Source: an uncultured Thermococci archaeon (GTDB lineage: Archaea > Methanobacteriota_B > Thermococci > Methanofastidiosales > B48-G16). Taken from it: a stretch of 64,000 bases of DNA. This document shows, in pieces, positions 1 to 10,468 of this stretch. The position numbers were made by a program, and so were the translations under genes. The DNA lies in assembly GCA_964595645.1 (NCBI GenBank), contig CAZQQT010000002.1, positions 32,001-96,000 on the forward strand, read 5' to 3'. The notes under the pieces are model-generated. The model did not search any database. It was not told the DNA's origin and saw nothing but the letters and a program-made list of their open reading frames with translations. How positions within the stretch are numbered: position 1 is the stretch's first letter; every line of letters starts with the position of its first letter.

Positions 1-214
1 GGGGGACATACCCATAGGCCAGATATCGGATATCAGGGATGGGAAGAGATCCGTGATCCAGCATGTACTGTGCCATACAGATCCTGTACCACACATCCCC
101 GAGAAACGAAGGAAGGTGAGGGCTGACCGTTAATTTTGGATACAGCCGTATGATAAGACCTAGAAGATACACGCAGCTCAGGAATGCGATCTCAAATTTT
201 CTCTCTTTTTCCAT
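1..214 (-). CDS. Membrane glycosyltransferase-like protein (GT-C/STT3-like N-terminus), runs off window edge
   Basis: Hand translation MEKERKFEIAFLSCVYLLGLIIRLYPKLTVSPHLPSFLGDVWYRICMAQYMLDHGSLP...; TM helix + IRL then D-x-W-Y loop. Confidence 0.55.
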   Translation of the reverse strand, partial: MEKERKFEIAFLSCVYLLGLIIRLYPKLTVSPHLPSFLGDVWYRICMAQYMLDHGSLPIPDIRYLAYGYVP

Positions 215-286
215 ACCATAACATTAGATCGTTCTTTAAAAAAGTTACTAGGTAAATTATAAAAACATGAGAGGTGACCCTCTTGT

Positions 287-928
287 ATGAATATAGAAGA
301 GCGGGTACGTGAGATTGCGGGATCGGATTTTAAGACGCCCCTGATCATCGTACTTACCACAGGTGTGGTTGCAGGTGTTGTCGGCTGGGTAGTGTCGTTG
401 AAGATAGAGTATATATGGCCTGAGAGCCTGCCTTTTGGACAGCACTGGGAACTAATAATGGGGGGTTCTACATTATTTAGTGCGATTGTTACCTCTGTTG
501 TTACATGGCTGCTTATTTTCGGTGCAGTTCATGTGATTTCCGGATTTTTTGGAGGAAACGCCGAGGCACAGCAAATTTTTAAGGTGGGAGGCTACATATT
601 TCTGATACTCCTGATTGGAAACATTGTTGCTGCCGTTGCAGTGCCATTGATTCCCGAAACAACGATAGACCTCTCCCAGATAGAAGAGGAGGAAATGGCT
701 GTGAGCGAGGTGATAAAACAGACACAGGACTACCAGCGTTCATTTGGGTATCTCCTCTACGAGGCGATCATTACTATATTTAAAGGTGGCGCCATGATTG
801 CTACCATACTCGTTGCAGAAGTACTTTATGGGTACTCACGGAGTCGAGCGGCTATTGCCTGTGGAATCCCTTATATCGTCTATATACTGATACCAATTTT
901 CACAATAATGTTGACCCTGAGCCTCTAA
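287..928 (+). CDS. Yip1-family membrane protein
   Basis: 5 hydrophobic segments; W-L-L-x-x-x-x-x-H...FGG pattern. Confidence 0.7.
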   Translation: MNIEERVREIAGSDFKTPLIIVLTTGVVAGVVGWVVSLKIEYIWPESLPFGQHWELIMGGSTLFSAIVTSVVTWLLIFGAVHVISGFFGGNAEAQQIFKVGGYIFLILLIGNIVAAVAVPLIPETTIDLSQIEEEEMAVSEVIKQTQDYQRSFGYLLYEAIITIFKGGAMIATILVAEVLYGYSRSRAAIACGIPYIVYILIPIFTIMLTLSL

Positions 929-1596
929 TTATCATTATCTTCTTCAGCTTCTTCAAGGCTTTCCACAAACTCAACGTCTTTTATTTTAGGGATATACTTT
1001 TTTACAGCGTCTATGAGATTTTCTTTTTGTTTTTCTTCTATTTCTTCTCCCTCTTTTACTCTCAACGTTCCGTCCGTATATTGGTATTCCAACTCTGTAC
1101 CAATATTCAGTTTTATGAGGATTTCTATCTTTTCATCCAGATCTTCAATTTTTTCGTTGACTTTGATATTGTAAATCACTGTTTTTCCGGCTAAAAAATG
1201 ATTGAAATCTAGACTCACTCGTCCAGAGGTCACATTTCGGACTGTGGCCCATCGTCCATTTACCTCCATCCGTAATCCGGGTCGCGGTGTCACATCGTGT
1301 TTTTTAAACTCTTTCAGCGGCACTTTTACCATGAGTTTGGGGTCTCTTTTGCCGTATCCTTTCTCCGGTGGGACCTCTACCGTTTTTTCCTCTCCCACAT
1401 TTATATCGAGCAGTGCATCATCCATCCCTTCTACCACGTAGCCTGCACCGACCACTGTGTGTATTGGTTCATATATGTAATTTTCTTTGTAAATATCGTA
1501 CTCTTTCGCCTTTTCTTCCATTGTCGTGTCAAATACCTTGTCCTTTCCTGCCATCTTCGCGACATAGTCTATCTCTACGAAGTCTCCTTTCTGCAT
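925..1596 (-). CDS. slyD: FKBP-type peptidyl-prolyl isomerase (archaeal long SlyD type)
   Basis: GDFVEIDY, FDTT, VPPEKGYG, LDFNHFLAGK. Confidence 0.93.
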   Translation of the reverse strand: MQKGDFVEIDYVAKMAGKDKVFDTTMEEKAKEYDIYKENYIYEPIHTVVGAGYVVEGMDDALLDINVGEEKTVEVPPEKGYGKRDPKLMVKVPLKEFKKHDVTPRPGLRMEVNGRWATVRNVTSGRVSLDFNHFLAGKTVIYNIKVNEKIEDLDEKIEILIKLNIGTELEYQYTDGTLRVKEGEEIEEKQKENLIDAVKKYIPKIKDVEFVESLEEAEEDNDN

Positions 1597-1698
1597 ACAA
1601 CCACTCTATGTTTATGAGAACTTTTATGAGTATAAAAGGGTTTTGCCAGATACTTACCGAAAATATTTTTAAAGAGAATCTCCTCTACTCATATAGAG

Positions 1699-1772
<74 letters not shown>

Positions 1773-1844
1773 CTTACCTCGTTCATTTCTTTATGAAGAA
1801 GATCATGCATTGGAGCATATAATATTTTGGTCGAAACAAACAGG

Positions 1845-2276
1845 TTAGTTTGCGTTGTCCAAGTTCTCAAGCACCCTCTCTAGATAGCCTCTGAACTGTG
1901 CTTTTTCATCTTCATCAAACCCCCTCATCATCACTTTTTCAGCTCTTTCATCTATCTCCTCGATGATTTCTTCGATCTCCTTCTCTTTTTCAGTGAGGTA
2001 TATTCTCGTCACTCTCCTATCTTCTCGATCTTTTTCTTTCCTTACGTAACCCTTCTCGACCAGACTGTTGATTACCTTCGAGGTAGTTGATTTGGAGATG
2101 AATAACATCTCACATATCTCTTTCTGGGTCACGCCATCACCCTTCTTGATCAACTTGAAGAGGAGGGGGAACTCGCCGCGATTGAAGTCGTAAGGCCTCA
2201 ACTTCTCTTTGATAAACTTTATAAGTTTCTTGTGGGCAATCTGATACAATTTGTGTATGGTCTCTTTTTCACCCAT
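1845..2276 (-). CDS. MarR family regulator
   Basis: TQKEI..SKSTTSKVINSLVEKGYV..EDRRVTRIYLT. Confidence 0.93.
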   Translation of the reverse strand: MGEKETIHKLYQIAHKKLIKFIKEKLRPYDFNRGEFPLLFKLIKKGDGVTQKEICEMLFISKSTTSKVINSLVEKGYVRKEKDREDRRVTRIYLTEKEKEIEEIIEEIDERAEKVMMRGFDEDEKAQFRGYLERVLENLDNAN

Positions 2277-2312
2277 GGTATTCCCTCACTACATAGTATG
2301 TATACCTATCTA

Positions 2313-3770
2313 TTACTTAGTAACGGGCACTTTCGCCTTTTGTTCTATCACCTTTTCTTTCCACGACCCTAGTGAATATACGAATAGTGCGATACCAGCT
2401 GCGATTACATTACTCAGTGCCATTCCCAGCCATACACCCGTTGCGTTCATCTGGAGGTATATGGCAAATATGAAGATCAAGGGGAGTCTGATACCCCAGA
2501 GTCGACTAAGACTCAACGCCATCTGCTGCCGTGTATGTCCAGACCCTCCCAAGATAGAGGTGACACCTCTAAATATGCCGAAGAAGGGCATGGACAGAGC
2601 GAAGATGGTGAGGAAGGTGGCTCCTGCATCGATCACTTCCGTATTCCCCGGCATAAAAAGGCCGATGAGCACATTTCTCAACAGGAAGAGACCGATGGCA
2701 AAAACACCCATGAGTAGGGTGATAGATAAGAGGCCTTTCTTCGTGACGTCTACCGCTCTTTCTTTGTCATCGGCTCCTAAACTTTGACCCACCATAGTAC
2801 TCATCGCCATGGCTAGCCCCCCCATTACTAAAAAGGTGATATTCAAAATTCTGTTGCCAACGCTGTAGGCTCCACCTGCAACCTCTGGATTTGGTAACCT
2901 GTATATTATTGCCCATAGGATTATGAATCCTATCGAACTGCCAAAGCGTCCAGCTGATGCGGGGATACCAATATTAAGGAATTTCTTGATCTTGGATATA
3001 TCTGGTTTCAGATATGACAAATCCACACTTATACCTAGTTTTCCATTGAACAGCAGGTACAGTCCATATATGGTCCCTACTCCCCGGGTCGTTACCGTTG
3101 CGATTGCAGCACCTCGTATACCGAGCATTGGAAACGGCCCCATACCGAAGATGAGGATCGGGTCAACTATCATATTTAATATGACAGAGATGGCGGTGAT
3201 CTTCATTGGAGTGATGGTATCTCCCCAGCCCCTCAATACGAAGATGAACGCGAAGAACAGGAACATGAATGGAAGACCTAGAAAGATGATCTGGAGGTAC
3301 ATCGTTCCGTAATGTGCCAGTTCCTGGCCAGATTGACCAGATCCAGTGAGCAAATTAAGGAAATGGGGGGTCATGAAATATCCTATAATGCCGACTGTCA
3401 CCGAAAAAATAGTAGAGATAATCAATAACTGTCCGGCATCCCTTTCCGCTTCTTCGTAGTTCTTAGAGCCGGTATGTTGGGAGACAAGTGCGAGAGCTGC
3501 CACACCAAACCCTATCCCGATAGAGAGCATCATGAAAACGACGGTCCATGCTTGTCCTACTGCGGTCACAGATAACCGAGCAACATCCCTATCCGGGATA
3601 TGACCGAGCCAAAACGTATCTACAAGATTGTATAAGGTTCTCAACAGTGTGGCTATCATTATAGGCCAACCGAGTTTGAAAAGGATGGAAATGACATTCC
3701 CCTCTATTATCTCATCTTTCTCGGGTCGACCCATTTTTTCTTGTAAATACTCAACCAACTTTACAGCCAT
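2313..3770 (-). CDS. MATE family efflux transporter
   Basis: LYNLVDTFWLG, LRGWGDTITP, GIRGAAIAT, VGQSLGA; start moved to ATG 3770 next to TATA/operators. Confidence 0.93.
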   Translation of the reverse strand: MAVKLVEYLQEKMGRPEKDEIIEGNVISILFKLGWPIMIATLLRTLYNLVDTFWLGHIPDRDVARLSVTAVGQAWTVVFMMLSIGIGFGVAALALVSQHTGSKNYEEAERDAGQLLIISTIFSVTVGIIGYFMTPHFLNLLTGSGQSGQELAHYGTMYLQIIFLGLPFMFLFFAFIFVLRGWGDTITPMKITAISVILNMIVDPILIFGMGPFPMLGIRGAAIATVTTRGVGTIYGLYLLFNGKLGISVDLSYLKPDISKIKKFLNIGIPASAGRFGSSIGFIILWAIIYRLPNPEVAGGAYSVGNRILNITFLVMGGLAMAMSTMVGQSLGADDKERAVDVTKKGLLSITLLMGVFAIGLFLLRNVLIGLFMPGNTEVIDAGATFLTIFALSMPFFGIFRGVTSILGGSGHTRQQMALSLSRLWGIRLPLIFIFAIYLQMNATGVWLGMALSNVIAAGIALFVYSLGSWKEKVIEQKAKVPVTK

Positions 3771-3774
3771 TAGT

Positions 3775-3814
3775 AGTTTCAAATGAAACTTTATTAAATA
3801 GTTTCGGGTGAAAC
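3775..3814 (-). promoter_or_regulatory. Two GTTTC-N4-GAAAC inverted repeats flanking a TATA-like box; probable MarR operators
   Basis: agtttc-aaat-gaaact (3775-3790) and gtttc-gggt-gaaac (3801-3814). Confidence 0.7.
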
Positions 3815-3944
3815 AAATTGGTATTATCCCGAAGAAAAACAGATACTTTTTAAGAGAGGGCAGGTCACACACATACGAGGAGAAGCGATGACCATTCATA
3901 GTACTTTTTATACTCTTTCTCCGCATACTCTATCTGGTGTTACG

Positions 3945-5018
3945 ATGAAGACTCCAGAAGTAGGTATTACGATAGGGGCGTTTGATCATGGAGAGAGAAA
4001 TACCATCGCCGATGTTGCAGGGGTCAGAATTGGCCATGTCACATGCATAGAAGGCACAGGAAAACTTAATCCTGGAAAAGGACCTGTGAGGACAGGAGTA
4101 ACTGCAGTGCTTCCCCACCGTGGCAACATCTTTAAAGAAAAGCTCCTCGCCAATGCGCACGTAATAAATGGATACGCTAAACCCATAGGACTAATCCAGC
4201 TCTGGGAACACGGTGTGATAGAAACGCCAATTATTCTCACCAATACATTGAGTGTCGGGACAGCGGCAGAAGGACTAATTCGGTACATGATTACTCAGAA
4301 TGAAGAGATAGGGGCGGAGACGGGAACAGTGAATCCGGTAGTACTGGAGTGTAACGATGCATATCTGAATGATATCCGTGGATTGCATATCACTAAAGAC
4401 CATGTGCGAGAGGCAATAGAACGTGCGAGCAAGGATTTCGATGAAGGAGCAGTAGGCGCAGGGACGGGAATGAGTGCCTTTGAACTCAAGTCCGGGATCG
4501 GATCCTCCTCACGAATCGTTGAGATTGAGGGTAATAAGTATACCCTCGGTGCACTGGTACTGAGTAACTTTGGAAAACGGGAGGATCTTACCATTGCCGG
4601 CGTGCCTGTGGGGAAAGAGCTCATGCACATTCCTGGGGGAAGTGAAGTGAGCGATGGAAGTATCATTATGATAGTAGCAACGGATGCTCCTCTGAGTGTA
4701 CGGCAACTCGGGAGAGTTGCGAAACGATCTACAGCGGGATTGGCGCGCACGGGAGGGCACTCTTCTGATGGGAGCGGTGATATCGCGCTGGTGTTCTCCA
4801 CAGCACAGCAAATCCGTTATGAACGAAAAGCACCGTTTACAGTCAACATCCTACCAGATAGTACCCTCACTCCCTTATTCAAAGCGACGACGGATGTTAT
4901 TGAGGAGGCGATAGTGAACGCTCTTCTCGAAGCAGAGACTATGGAAGGGAGAGATTCTCATGTGAGGAACGCACTTCCTCTGGAGGAACTGAGAGAGATC
5001 CTGGATTTGAAGAGATAA
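3945..5018 (+). CDS. dmpA: P1/S58 family peptidase (DmpA-like)
   Basis: NTIADVAGVRIGH, PVVLECND, EGAVGAGTGM, GSIIM, GSGDIA. Confidence 0.9.
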   Translation: MKTPEVGITIGAFDHGERNTIADVAGVRIGHVTCIEGTGKLNPGKGPVRTGVTAVLPHRGNIFKEKLLANAHVINGYAKPIGLIQLWEHGVIETPIILTNTLSVGTAAEGLIRYMITQNEEIGAETGTVNPVVLECNDAYLNDIRGLHITKDHVREAIERASKDFDEGAVGAGTGMSAFELKSGIGSSSRIVEIEGNKYTLGALVLSNFGKREDLTIAGVPVGKELMHIPGGSEVSDGSIIMIVATDAPLSVRQLGRVAKRSTAGLARTGGHSSDGSGDIALVFSTAQQIRYERKAPFTVNILPDSTLTPLFKATTDVIEEAIVNALLEAETMEGRDSHVRNALPLEELREILDLKR

Positions 5019-5042
5019 AGAACCTCCTACTTTTTTATATCT

Positions 5043-5855
5043 ATGGAGAGACATGTACGTATGAAACTCGCACGGATCGTTCATCAGAGAGAGATAACTG
5101 TCGCTGTTGTAAAGGAAGGAAACGTATACCCAATCGATGTAGAAAGTGTATTGGATACAGCGCATGAAGATTTTGAAAGAGAAGTCTCAGTTGAACCCGA
5201 TAAATGGCTTCCACCGGTCAAGCCGAGTAAAATTATCTGTCTCGGATTAAACTATCGGGATCACGCCGAAGAGGTAGGGAAAGAGATACCGGATCATCCA
5301 ACACTTTTCTCTAAAGCGGTTTCCTCGCTGATAGGGCATAGAGATCCAATCATTCATCCGTTGGGAGATACCCAGGTGGATTATGAGGTCGAGCTTGCCC
5401 TTGTGATTGGAAAAAAAGGAAAGAAGATAGAAAGGGGCAATGCAATGGAGTATATCGGTGGGTACACGATTCTCAACGATGTATCAGAGAGAACAGCGCA
5501 GTTTGAGGATGGACAGTGGTTCCGGGGGAAGAGTTTCGATACGTTCTGTCCTCTGGGTCCGTATCTTGTGACGCCAGATGAACTCCCCGATCCGCACGAT
5601 CTGACAGTGGAAACACGGGTTAATGGTGAACTGCGGCAGTCCTCAACAACAAAAAATCTTATCGCCACCATTCCAGAGATTCTTTCCTTCTGTTCGGCGA
5701 GCATGACATTGTATCCCGGCGATGTCATCGCCACCGGCACACCTGGAGGCGTAGGCGTGTTCTACGATCCGCCTAAACTTCTGAAGCCCGGTGACACAGT
5801 GACACTGACGATAGAACGGATCGGTACGCTTGAGAACCCTGTCACCGCCGGATGA
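5043..5855 (+). CDS. Fumarylacetoacetate hydrolase family protein
   Basis: KIICLGLNYRDH, DYEVEL, NDVSER, GKSFDTFCPLGP, TGTPGGVG. Confidence 0.93.
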   Translation: MERHVRMKLARIVHQREITVAVVKEGNVYPIDVESVLDTAHEDFEREVSVEPDKWLPPVKPSKIICLGLNYRDHAEEVGKEIPDHPTLFSKAVSSLIGHRDPIIHPLGDTQVDYEVELALVIGKKGKKIERGNAMEYIGGYTILNDVSERTAQFEDGQWFRGKSFDTFCPLGPYLVTPDELPDPHDLTVETRVNGELRQSSTTKNLIATIPEILSFCSASMTLYPGDVIATGTPGGVGVFYDPPKLLKPGDTVTLTIERIGTLENPVTAG

Positions 5856-6825
5856 TTACGAGCCCGCTCGCGATGAGGACCAACGCTCCCCCGAAGATTG
5901 TGAGGGTGTCCACATACTCACCAAGAATGAAGTATCCGTAGATGACACCGGATATCGGCTCGATTAACATAATCACTCCTGTAGAGACAACGGACACGTG
6001 TTTTACCGAGGTGTAGAAAAGGATCATCCCTAAAAACATGGGAACAAATGCGAACAGAAGAATAAGTCCCCAGAGTTGTAAGGGAAGCGAAAGGGTGAAA
6101 CTCGTGATGATCTCGTTGTTCGTGATACTCCTTGAGAGATACCCGAACAGTACGGTGAATATACTCCTGAAGAGGTAAAACCAGAAAATTGAGATGAGAA
6201 AGTACCGTTTCTGGATAGAGAGTTCCCGTATCATGATGAACTCCACGGAGAGAAGGACACCGCAGATAAGGGAGAGTGAGACACCGACGTAGTTCAACGT
6301 GGAGACATTCCACACCTTGCTAATGAGAACAATCCCGAGAAAGGCGAGCGGCACAGCAATTTTTTTCAACGTGTTGATTCTCTCCGCGAAAAATACCTTT
6401 CCGAAGATGGTGGTCCAGATCGGCTGCGTGTACAGGAGGAGTACTACCACCGCCACCGGTGTCCCGACTGCCACAGCGGAATTCTCAAAGAATCCGAGTG
6501 CTCCCATCACAAGACCGAGAAGGGCGTAGTACCGCAATTCTCGGATATTTATCAAAAAATCCGTTTTTTTGTAGTAGAAAATTATTAAAATATATAACAG
6601 GGCGATAAAACATCGTAAAAATGATTGTTGGAATGAAGATACACCGTGATCCCGTAGCACTGCAGAGAAAGTAGAGATAGTACCAAAACAACATCCAGCG
6701 AGCATAAGAAGGATGTGGTGTTTCAGCGTGTCTGACATAGACATGGTAAGATCCTCGTCTTTATATGGATTTGCTAGAGAATTCATAATACTTATAAGAC
6801 TTTTAAGAGACGATAGTTTTTTCAT
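5842..6825 (-). CDS. DMT/EamA family transporter
   Basis: ~10 TM, LLYTQPIW, LIEPISG; start may be 6744. Confidence 0.88.
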   Translation of the reverse strand: MKKLSSLKSLISIMNSLANPYKDEDLTMSMSDTLKHHILLMLAGCCFGTISTFSAVLRDHGVSSFQQSFLRCFIALLYILIIFYYKKTDFLINIRELRYYALLGLVMGALGFFENSAVAVGTPVAVVVLLLYTQPIWTTIFGKVFFAERINTLKKIAVPLAFLGIVLISKVWNVSTLNYVGVSLSLICGVLLSVEFIMIRELSIQKRYFLISIFWFYLFRSIFTVLFGYLSRSITNNEIITSFTLSLPLQLWGLILLFAFVPMFLGMILFYTSVKHVSVVSTGVIMLIEPISGVIYGYFILGEYVDTLTIFGGALVLIASGLVIIRR

Positions 6826-6832
6826 TATAAAA

Positions 6833-7171
6833 TTATCTGATCATCGTCAAGAATATCTTGCATCGGGTTACTGCTTCTACTGCATGGGGAACATCAGCAG
6901 GCATGACGATAGTTTCGGCTTCTTGCAACTCGTATTTTTCACCATCAATTATCACATTTACAATTCCATCGAGGACCTGAAGAATTGCGTTGTGAGGTGT
7001 GGTGTGTTCACTCAGAGTTTGAGTTTCGTCGAATGCGAACACGGTCAGCGTAACCGTATCTTTGTCTACCAGTGTTCTGCTGACGATGGCTCCTTTCTGG
7101 TAGTCTATCAGTTCTTTCAGTTTGAAGACAGAGGTTTGAATTTCATCAAGATGATCTTTATCTTTCTTCAT
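6833..7171 (-). CDS. Cupin domain protein
   Basis: LSEHTTP...MPADVPHAV. Confidence 0.88.
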   Translation of the reverse strand: MKKDKDHLDEIQTSVFKLKELIDYQKGAIVSRTLVDKDTVTLTVFAFDETQTLSEHTTPHNAILQVLDGIVNVIIDGEKYELQEAETIVMPADVPHAVEAVTRCKIFLTMIR

Positions 7172-7334
7172 CGTACACCACTCTTATGTGGTAGATAAAA
7201 TGTTTTTCCGCCCTTTGTCAGTATACTCATTGAGTGGACAACTACAACTAGGCTTCCGCAGATGGGATTTCCTCTCTTGGTTTCCCTCACCTCATGTCTG
7301 TTTCTGGTCATGATACGCATAGATCGAAGGGAAG

Positions 7335-7365
7335 CTTTATAAAAGTAAGTGAACGTTAACTAACT
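7335..7365 (+). promoter_or_regulatory. TATA box plus imperfect 22-bp palindrome (probable TetR operator)
   Basis: ctttataaaa, then agtaagtgaacgttaactaact (18/22 self-complementary) abutting the ATG. Confidence 0.65.
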
Positions 7366-7965
7366 ATGGATAGGAATTGTTCGAGGTTAAACGAGAGGCA
7401 AAAAGGAATCCTCAACGCGTCCTTACAAATACTACAGAATGAAGCGTATACGAACTTGACGATCAGAAACATCAGTGAGAAAATCGGTCTATCTGAAGCA
7501 GCAATCTACAAACATTTTGATAGTAAGGAAGAACTCGTTCGTACTCTCGTGGAATGGATTGTAAAAGAGAATGAGGCATCTCTTAACTTCAGTGAAGAAG
7601 CCAATGAATTCGACATACTGGAAGCGGTCATGAAGAATACATTTACCATACTGGAAGTCCATCCTTCTTTTACCGCGGTCTTGTTCCACGATGAACTCTT
7701 TAGAGAGTACAGCTCAGTAAAAGATCTGTTCGATACTCATCGGAAGAAAAAAGAACAGTTTTTGACAACAATTGTAGAACGAGGAATTAAAAAAGGAATT
7801 TTTTCCAAAGATATAAATCCGCAAGTTTTTGTGTCGCTGTATATGGGCGCGGTACGTATCACAGTGTTAAACTGGAGATACAAGAATTTTTCCTTTTCTT
7901 TGACAGATCAAGCCGATCCTCTACTACAGGAGTTATTCAAACTTTTAAAGAGAGGTGATAAATAA
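7366..7965 (+). CDS. TetR/AcrR family regulator
   Basis: LTIRNISEKIGLSEAAIYKHFDSKEEL. Confidence 0.93.
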   Translation: MDRNCSRLNERQKGILNASLQILQNEAYTNLTIRNISEKIGLSEAAIYKHFDSKEELVRTLVEWIVKENEASLNFSEEANEFDILEAVMKNTFTILEVHPSFTAVLFHDELFREYSSVKDLFDTHRKKKEQFLTTIVERGIKKGIFSKDINPQVFVSLYMGAVRITVLNWRYKNFSFSLTDQADPLLQELFKLLKRGDK

Positions 7966-8591
7966 TGAAATCAAAAAAATATCTTCGAATGGGCAGTCAA
8001 CTATTTTTCTTCTCTCTATTTGCTACATTGATATATCTCAATAGACTGCAGTTATGGATACTGGTTTTCATTATTGGGGTGGTGGTATCCATCGGTTTCA
8101 GCAGATTTTATTGTGGCTGGGCATGTCCAATAACCACCCTGTCACGACCATTCATATGGTTAACGGACAAGTTTTCTATCGAGAGAGTGAATGTTCCAAA
8201 AAAATTACAATCAATGAAAATTCGACTAACAATCCTTATTCTGTTTTTGGGACTGATGATTGTTTTGAGAAGGTTAACCATAGACTTTCCAGTACTTCTT
8301 CTCATTGCTCTGATCGGTGTAGCCTTTATGTCGGTGTTCGATGAAGAGCTCTTTCATAAGTATCTCTGTCCTTACGGAGCTATACTGAGTTTTGTCTCTA
8401 AACGTGCGGTATACAGGCTTGTGATAGATCCTGAAGAATGTGTAGCGTGTGGAAAATGTCAAAGCGTATGTCCAAACAACACGATAGACACATTAAACTC
8501 TGGAAAAAGAAGCATTGTAAAGAAAGAGTGTCTTCATTGCTTTAAATGTCAAGACGTTTGTCCCGTCCAATGCATAGATTATAAAAAGTAA
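7965..8591 (+). CDS. Membrane 4Fe-4S binding protein (NapH/MauN-like)
   Basis: RFYCGWACP, YLCPYG, two CxxCxxCxxxCP motifs, TM segments. Confidence 0.85.
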   Translation: MKSKKYLRMGSQLFFFSLFATLIYLNRLQLWILVFIIGVVVSIGFSRFYCGWACPITTLSRPFIWLTDKFSIERVNVPKKLQSMKIRLTILILFLGLMIVLRRLTIDFPVLLLIALIGVAFMSVFDEELFHKYLCPYGAILSFVSKRAVYRLVIDPEECVACGKCQSVCPNNTIDTLNSGKRSIVKKECLHCFKCQDVCPVQCIDYKK

Positions 8592-8608
8592 AAAAGTTGT
8601 TGTACAAC

Positions 8609-9241
8609 ATGCCAAAAACAGCGGTGTTCGACAGGAATGTCAGGAGGTACGATTCGTGGTTTGAGCAGCACCGTGCGGTGTATGAATCGGAGGTACTCGC
8701 CGTCAGACGGATGCTACCGGGAGGAGTCGGCGTGGAAGTGGGCGTGGGCACAGGACGATTTGCGTCGCCGCTGAATATTCAGTATGGGATCGAGCCCTCA
8801 CTGGAAATGGGAAAGGTTGCCATGAGAAGGGGAGTCGCTGTGGTACGAGGCGTGGCCGAAAGACTCCCGCTCAAACACACACTGTTTGATTTTGTCGCAA
8901 TGATTGTCACTGTATGTTTTCTCGATGATATCCACGCATCGTTCCTGGAAGCGTACAGGGTCTTGAAGCCTTCAGGACATCTAATACTGGGAATCATTGA
9001 TAAAGAAAGTTTTCTCGGAAGAATATATCAGAAAAGCAGCAGTCCCTTTTACGAAGAAGCCACTTTTTACTCTCCCGATGAATTGATCACTCTTCTGAGA
9101 GACAGCGGCTTTACTCATTTTACCTATGTTCAGACGCTTTTTCACAAATTAGATGAGATTACCACCCCTGAGCAAGTGAAAGAAGGACACGGTGAGGGAT
9201 CTTTCGTGGTAATTGATGCTGTAAAAGAAGAGAAGACATGA
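8609..9241 (+). CDS. Class I SAM-dependent methyltransferase
   Basis: VEVGVGTGRF, GVAERLP, EAYRVLKPSG. Confidence 0.9.
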   Translation: MPKTAVFDRNVRRYDSWFEQHRAVYESEVLAVRRMLPGGVGVEVGVGTGRFASPLNIQYGIEPSLEMGKVAMRRGVAVVRGVAERLPLKHTLFDFVAMIVTVCFLDDIHASFLEAYRVLKPSGHLILGIIDKESFLGRIYQKSSSPFYEEATFYSPDELITLLRDSGFTHFTYVQTLFHKLDEITTPEQVKEGHGEGSFVVIDAVKEEKT

Positions 9242-9448
9242 GAGCGTTTGGTCCGCTCCATCACGTGTTTGGACAGAGCGTTGAAACTAATAACATTCCA
9301 TCAAAAAGAGTGTATCCTTCTCTGTCTACTGCATGGATCAATCAAACTTGTTTCAAACATTCTAGAACCACTTGCTGCCCCTTCTCCTCCGTTTTATCCG
9401 CTCCTTTTATAGCAATTGTCTGGGGCATATCCAAATCTCAATCTTTTT

Positions 9449-9985
9449 TCATGCGATACCCTCCCCACCTGTCTTCTCCATGATCAATTCTATGAGAAGG
9501 CCCATTACACCAACAAAAATGATGGTGAGAGATAACCTCGTCAGCATGAACGTTGGTCCTAGGAACTGGAGCTCCACCATCTCCTGCGGTATCTTGATGC
9601 AGGCCCACGCTGAAAGAAATACAACGATATTCGATATTCTGGCGCCTTTTTTTATTAAGGTTGATGCCATAGGGAAAGCGACATAGAGAGGGCCTGTAGG
9701 TAACGTACCGAATAGGAGTGCCAGGAAAAAACCTTTGACACCTGAGGCTTTCCCAAGGTGTTTTACCACTGTTTTTGAGGGGATGAAAACTGCGAAGAGG
9801 CCCATCAAGATCATTACTGCGGGGAGGATGTATATCATCTCATTTAGATAATCAAAGGATGCGGACATCACCGGTTCACGCTTTCCCGGATAAAAATAGA
9901 GCAGGACAGACGCCACCCCTAACACCACAAATAGTAATAACAAGTCTCTTATCATCTTCTTTTTCTGTTCTTCCTTTTTCTTCAC
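9449..9985 (-). CDS. Predicted permease (ArsP/DUF318-like half protein)
   Basis: TM-rich; GTLPTGPLYVAFP, SAWACIKIP. Confidence 0.75.
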   Translation of the reverse strand: MKKKEEQKKKMIRDLLLLFVVLGVASVLLYFYPGKREPVMSASFDYLNEMIYILPAVMILMGLFAVFIPSKTVVKHLGKASGVKGFFLALLFGTLPTGPLYVAFPMASTLIKKGARISNIVVFLSAWACIKIPQEMVELQFLGPTFMLTRLSLTIIFVGVMGLLIELIMEKTGGEGIA

Positions 9986-10464
9986 AGCAGCACCCCCATT
10001 ATGAGAGCTATAATCACTGCGATAACGAAACTTAGACCGTTCCTTAGAAGAGCGAATTTCTTACCGAGTTTCTTTATCTCTAGTGGTAAGGTGACCATAC
10101 CTATCATTGTCAAAGTGGTGATGAAGGCAGCCACTGCCGTGATCGTTGCACCGCTGTCTAATATCGAAGCCGCCAAAGGGAAGGAGATGAGTGCTGGGAT
10201 ATGCAGGATAGAGCCCACCACCGCCACCAAAAGAACCCCGAATATTCCTGATTGTTCTCCAATGAATCTAGAGATCTCTGCAGGAGGCACGAACCCAAGC
10301 ATCAATCCAATGATCACGATTATAATGAGGACTGTAGGCAATATCCTAACGAAGGAGACCGCGGCTTTCTTCAACGACTGGATAGCTTTCTTTTTGCTTT
10401 TGCAAAAAGCGTATATCAAGCACACCAGTGCGAAGAGATTGATAAAAATAGCTGTTATGCTCAT
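9982..10464 (-). CDS. Predicted permease (ArsP/DUF318-like half protein)
   Basis: TM-rich; GSILHIPALISFPLA, TLPLEIK; overlaps partner gene. Confidence 0.75.
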   Translation of the reverse strand: MSITAIFINLFALVCLIYAFCKSKKKAIQSLKKAAVSFVRILPTVLIIIVIIGLMLGFVPPAEISRFIGEQSGIFGVLLVAVVGSILHIPALISFPLAASILDSGATITAVAAFITTLTMIGMVTLPLEIKKLGKKFALLRNGLSFVIAVIIALIMGVLL

Positions 10465-10468
10465 CCAT

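Noticed and set aside
9238-9452. 81-aa plus-strand ORF or a decayed minus-strand gene after the permease
   Set aside because: No recognisable motif; minus frame has internal stops
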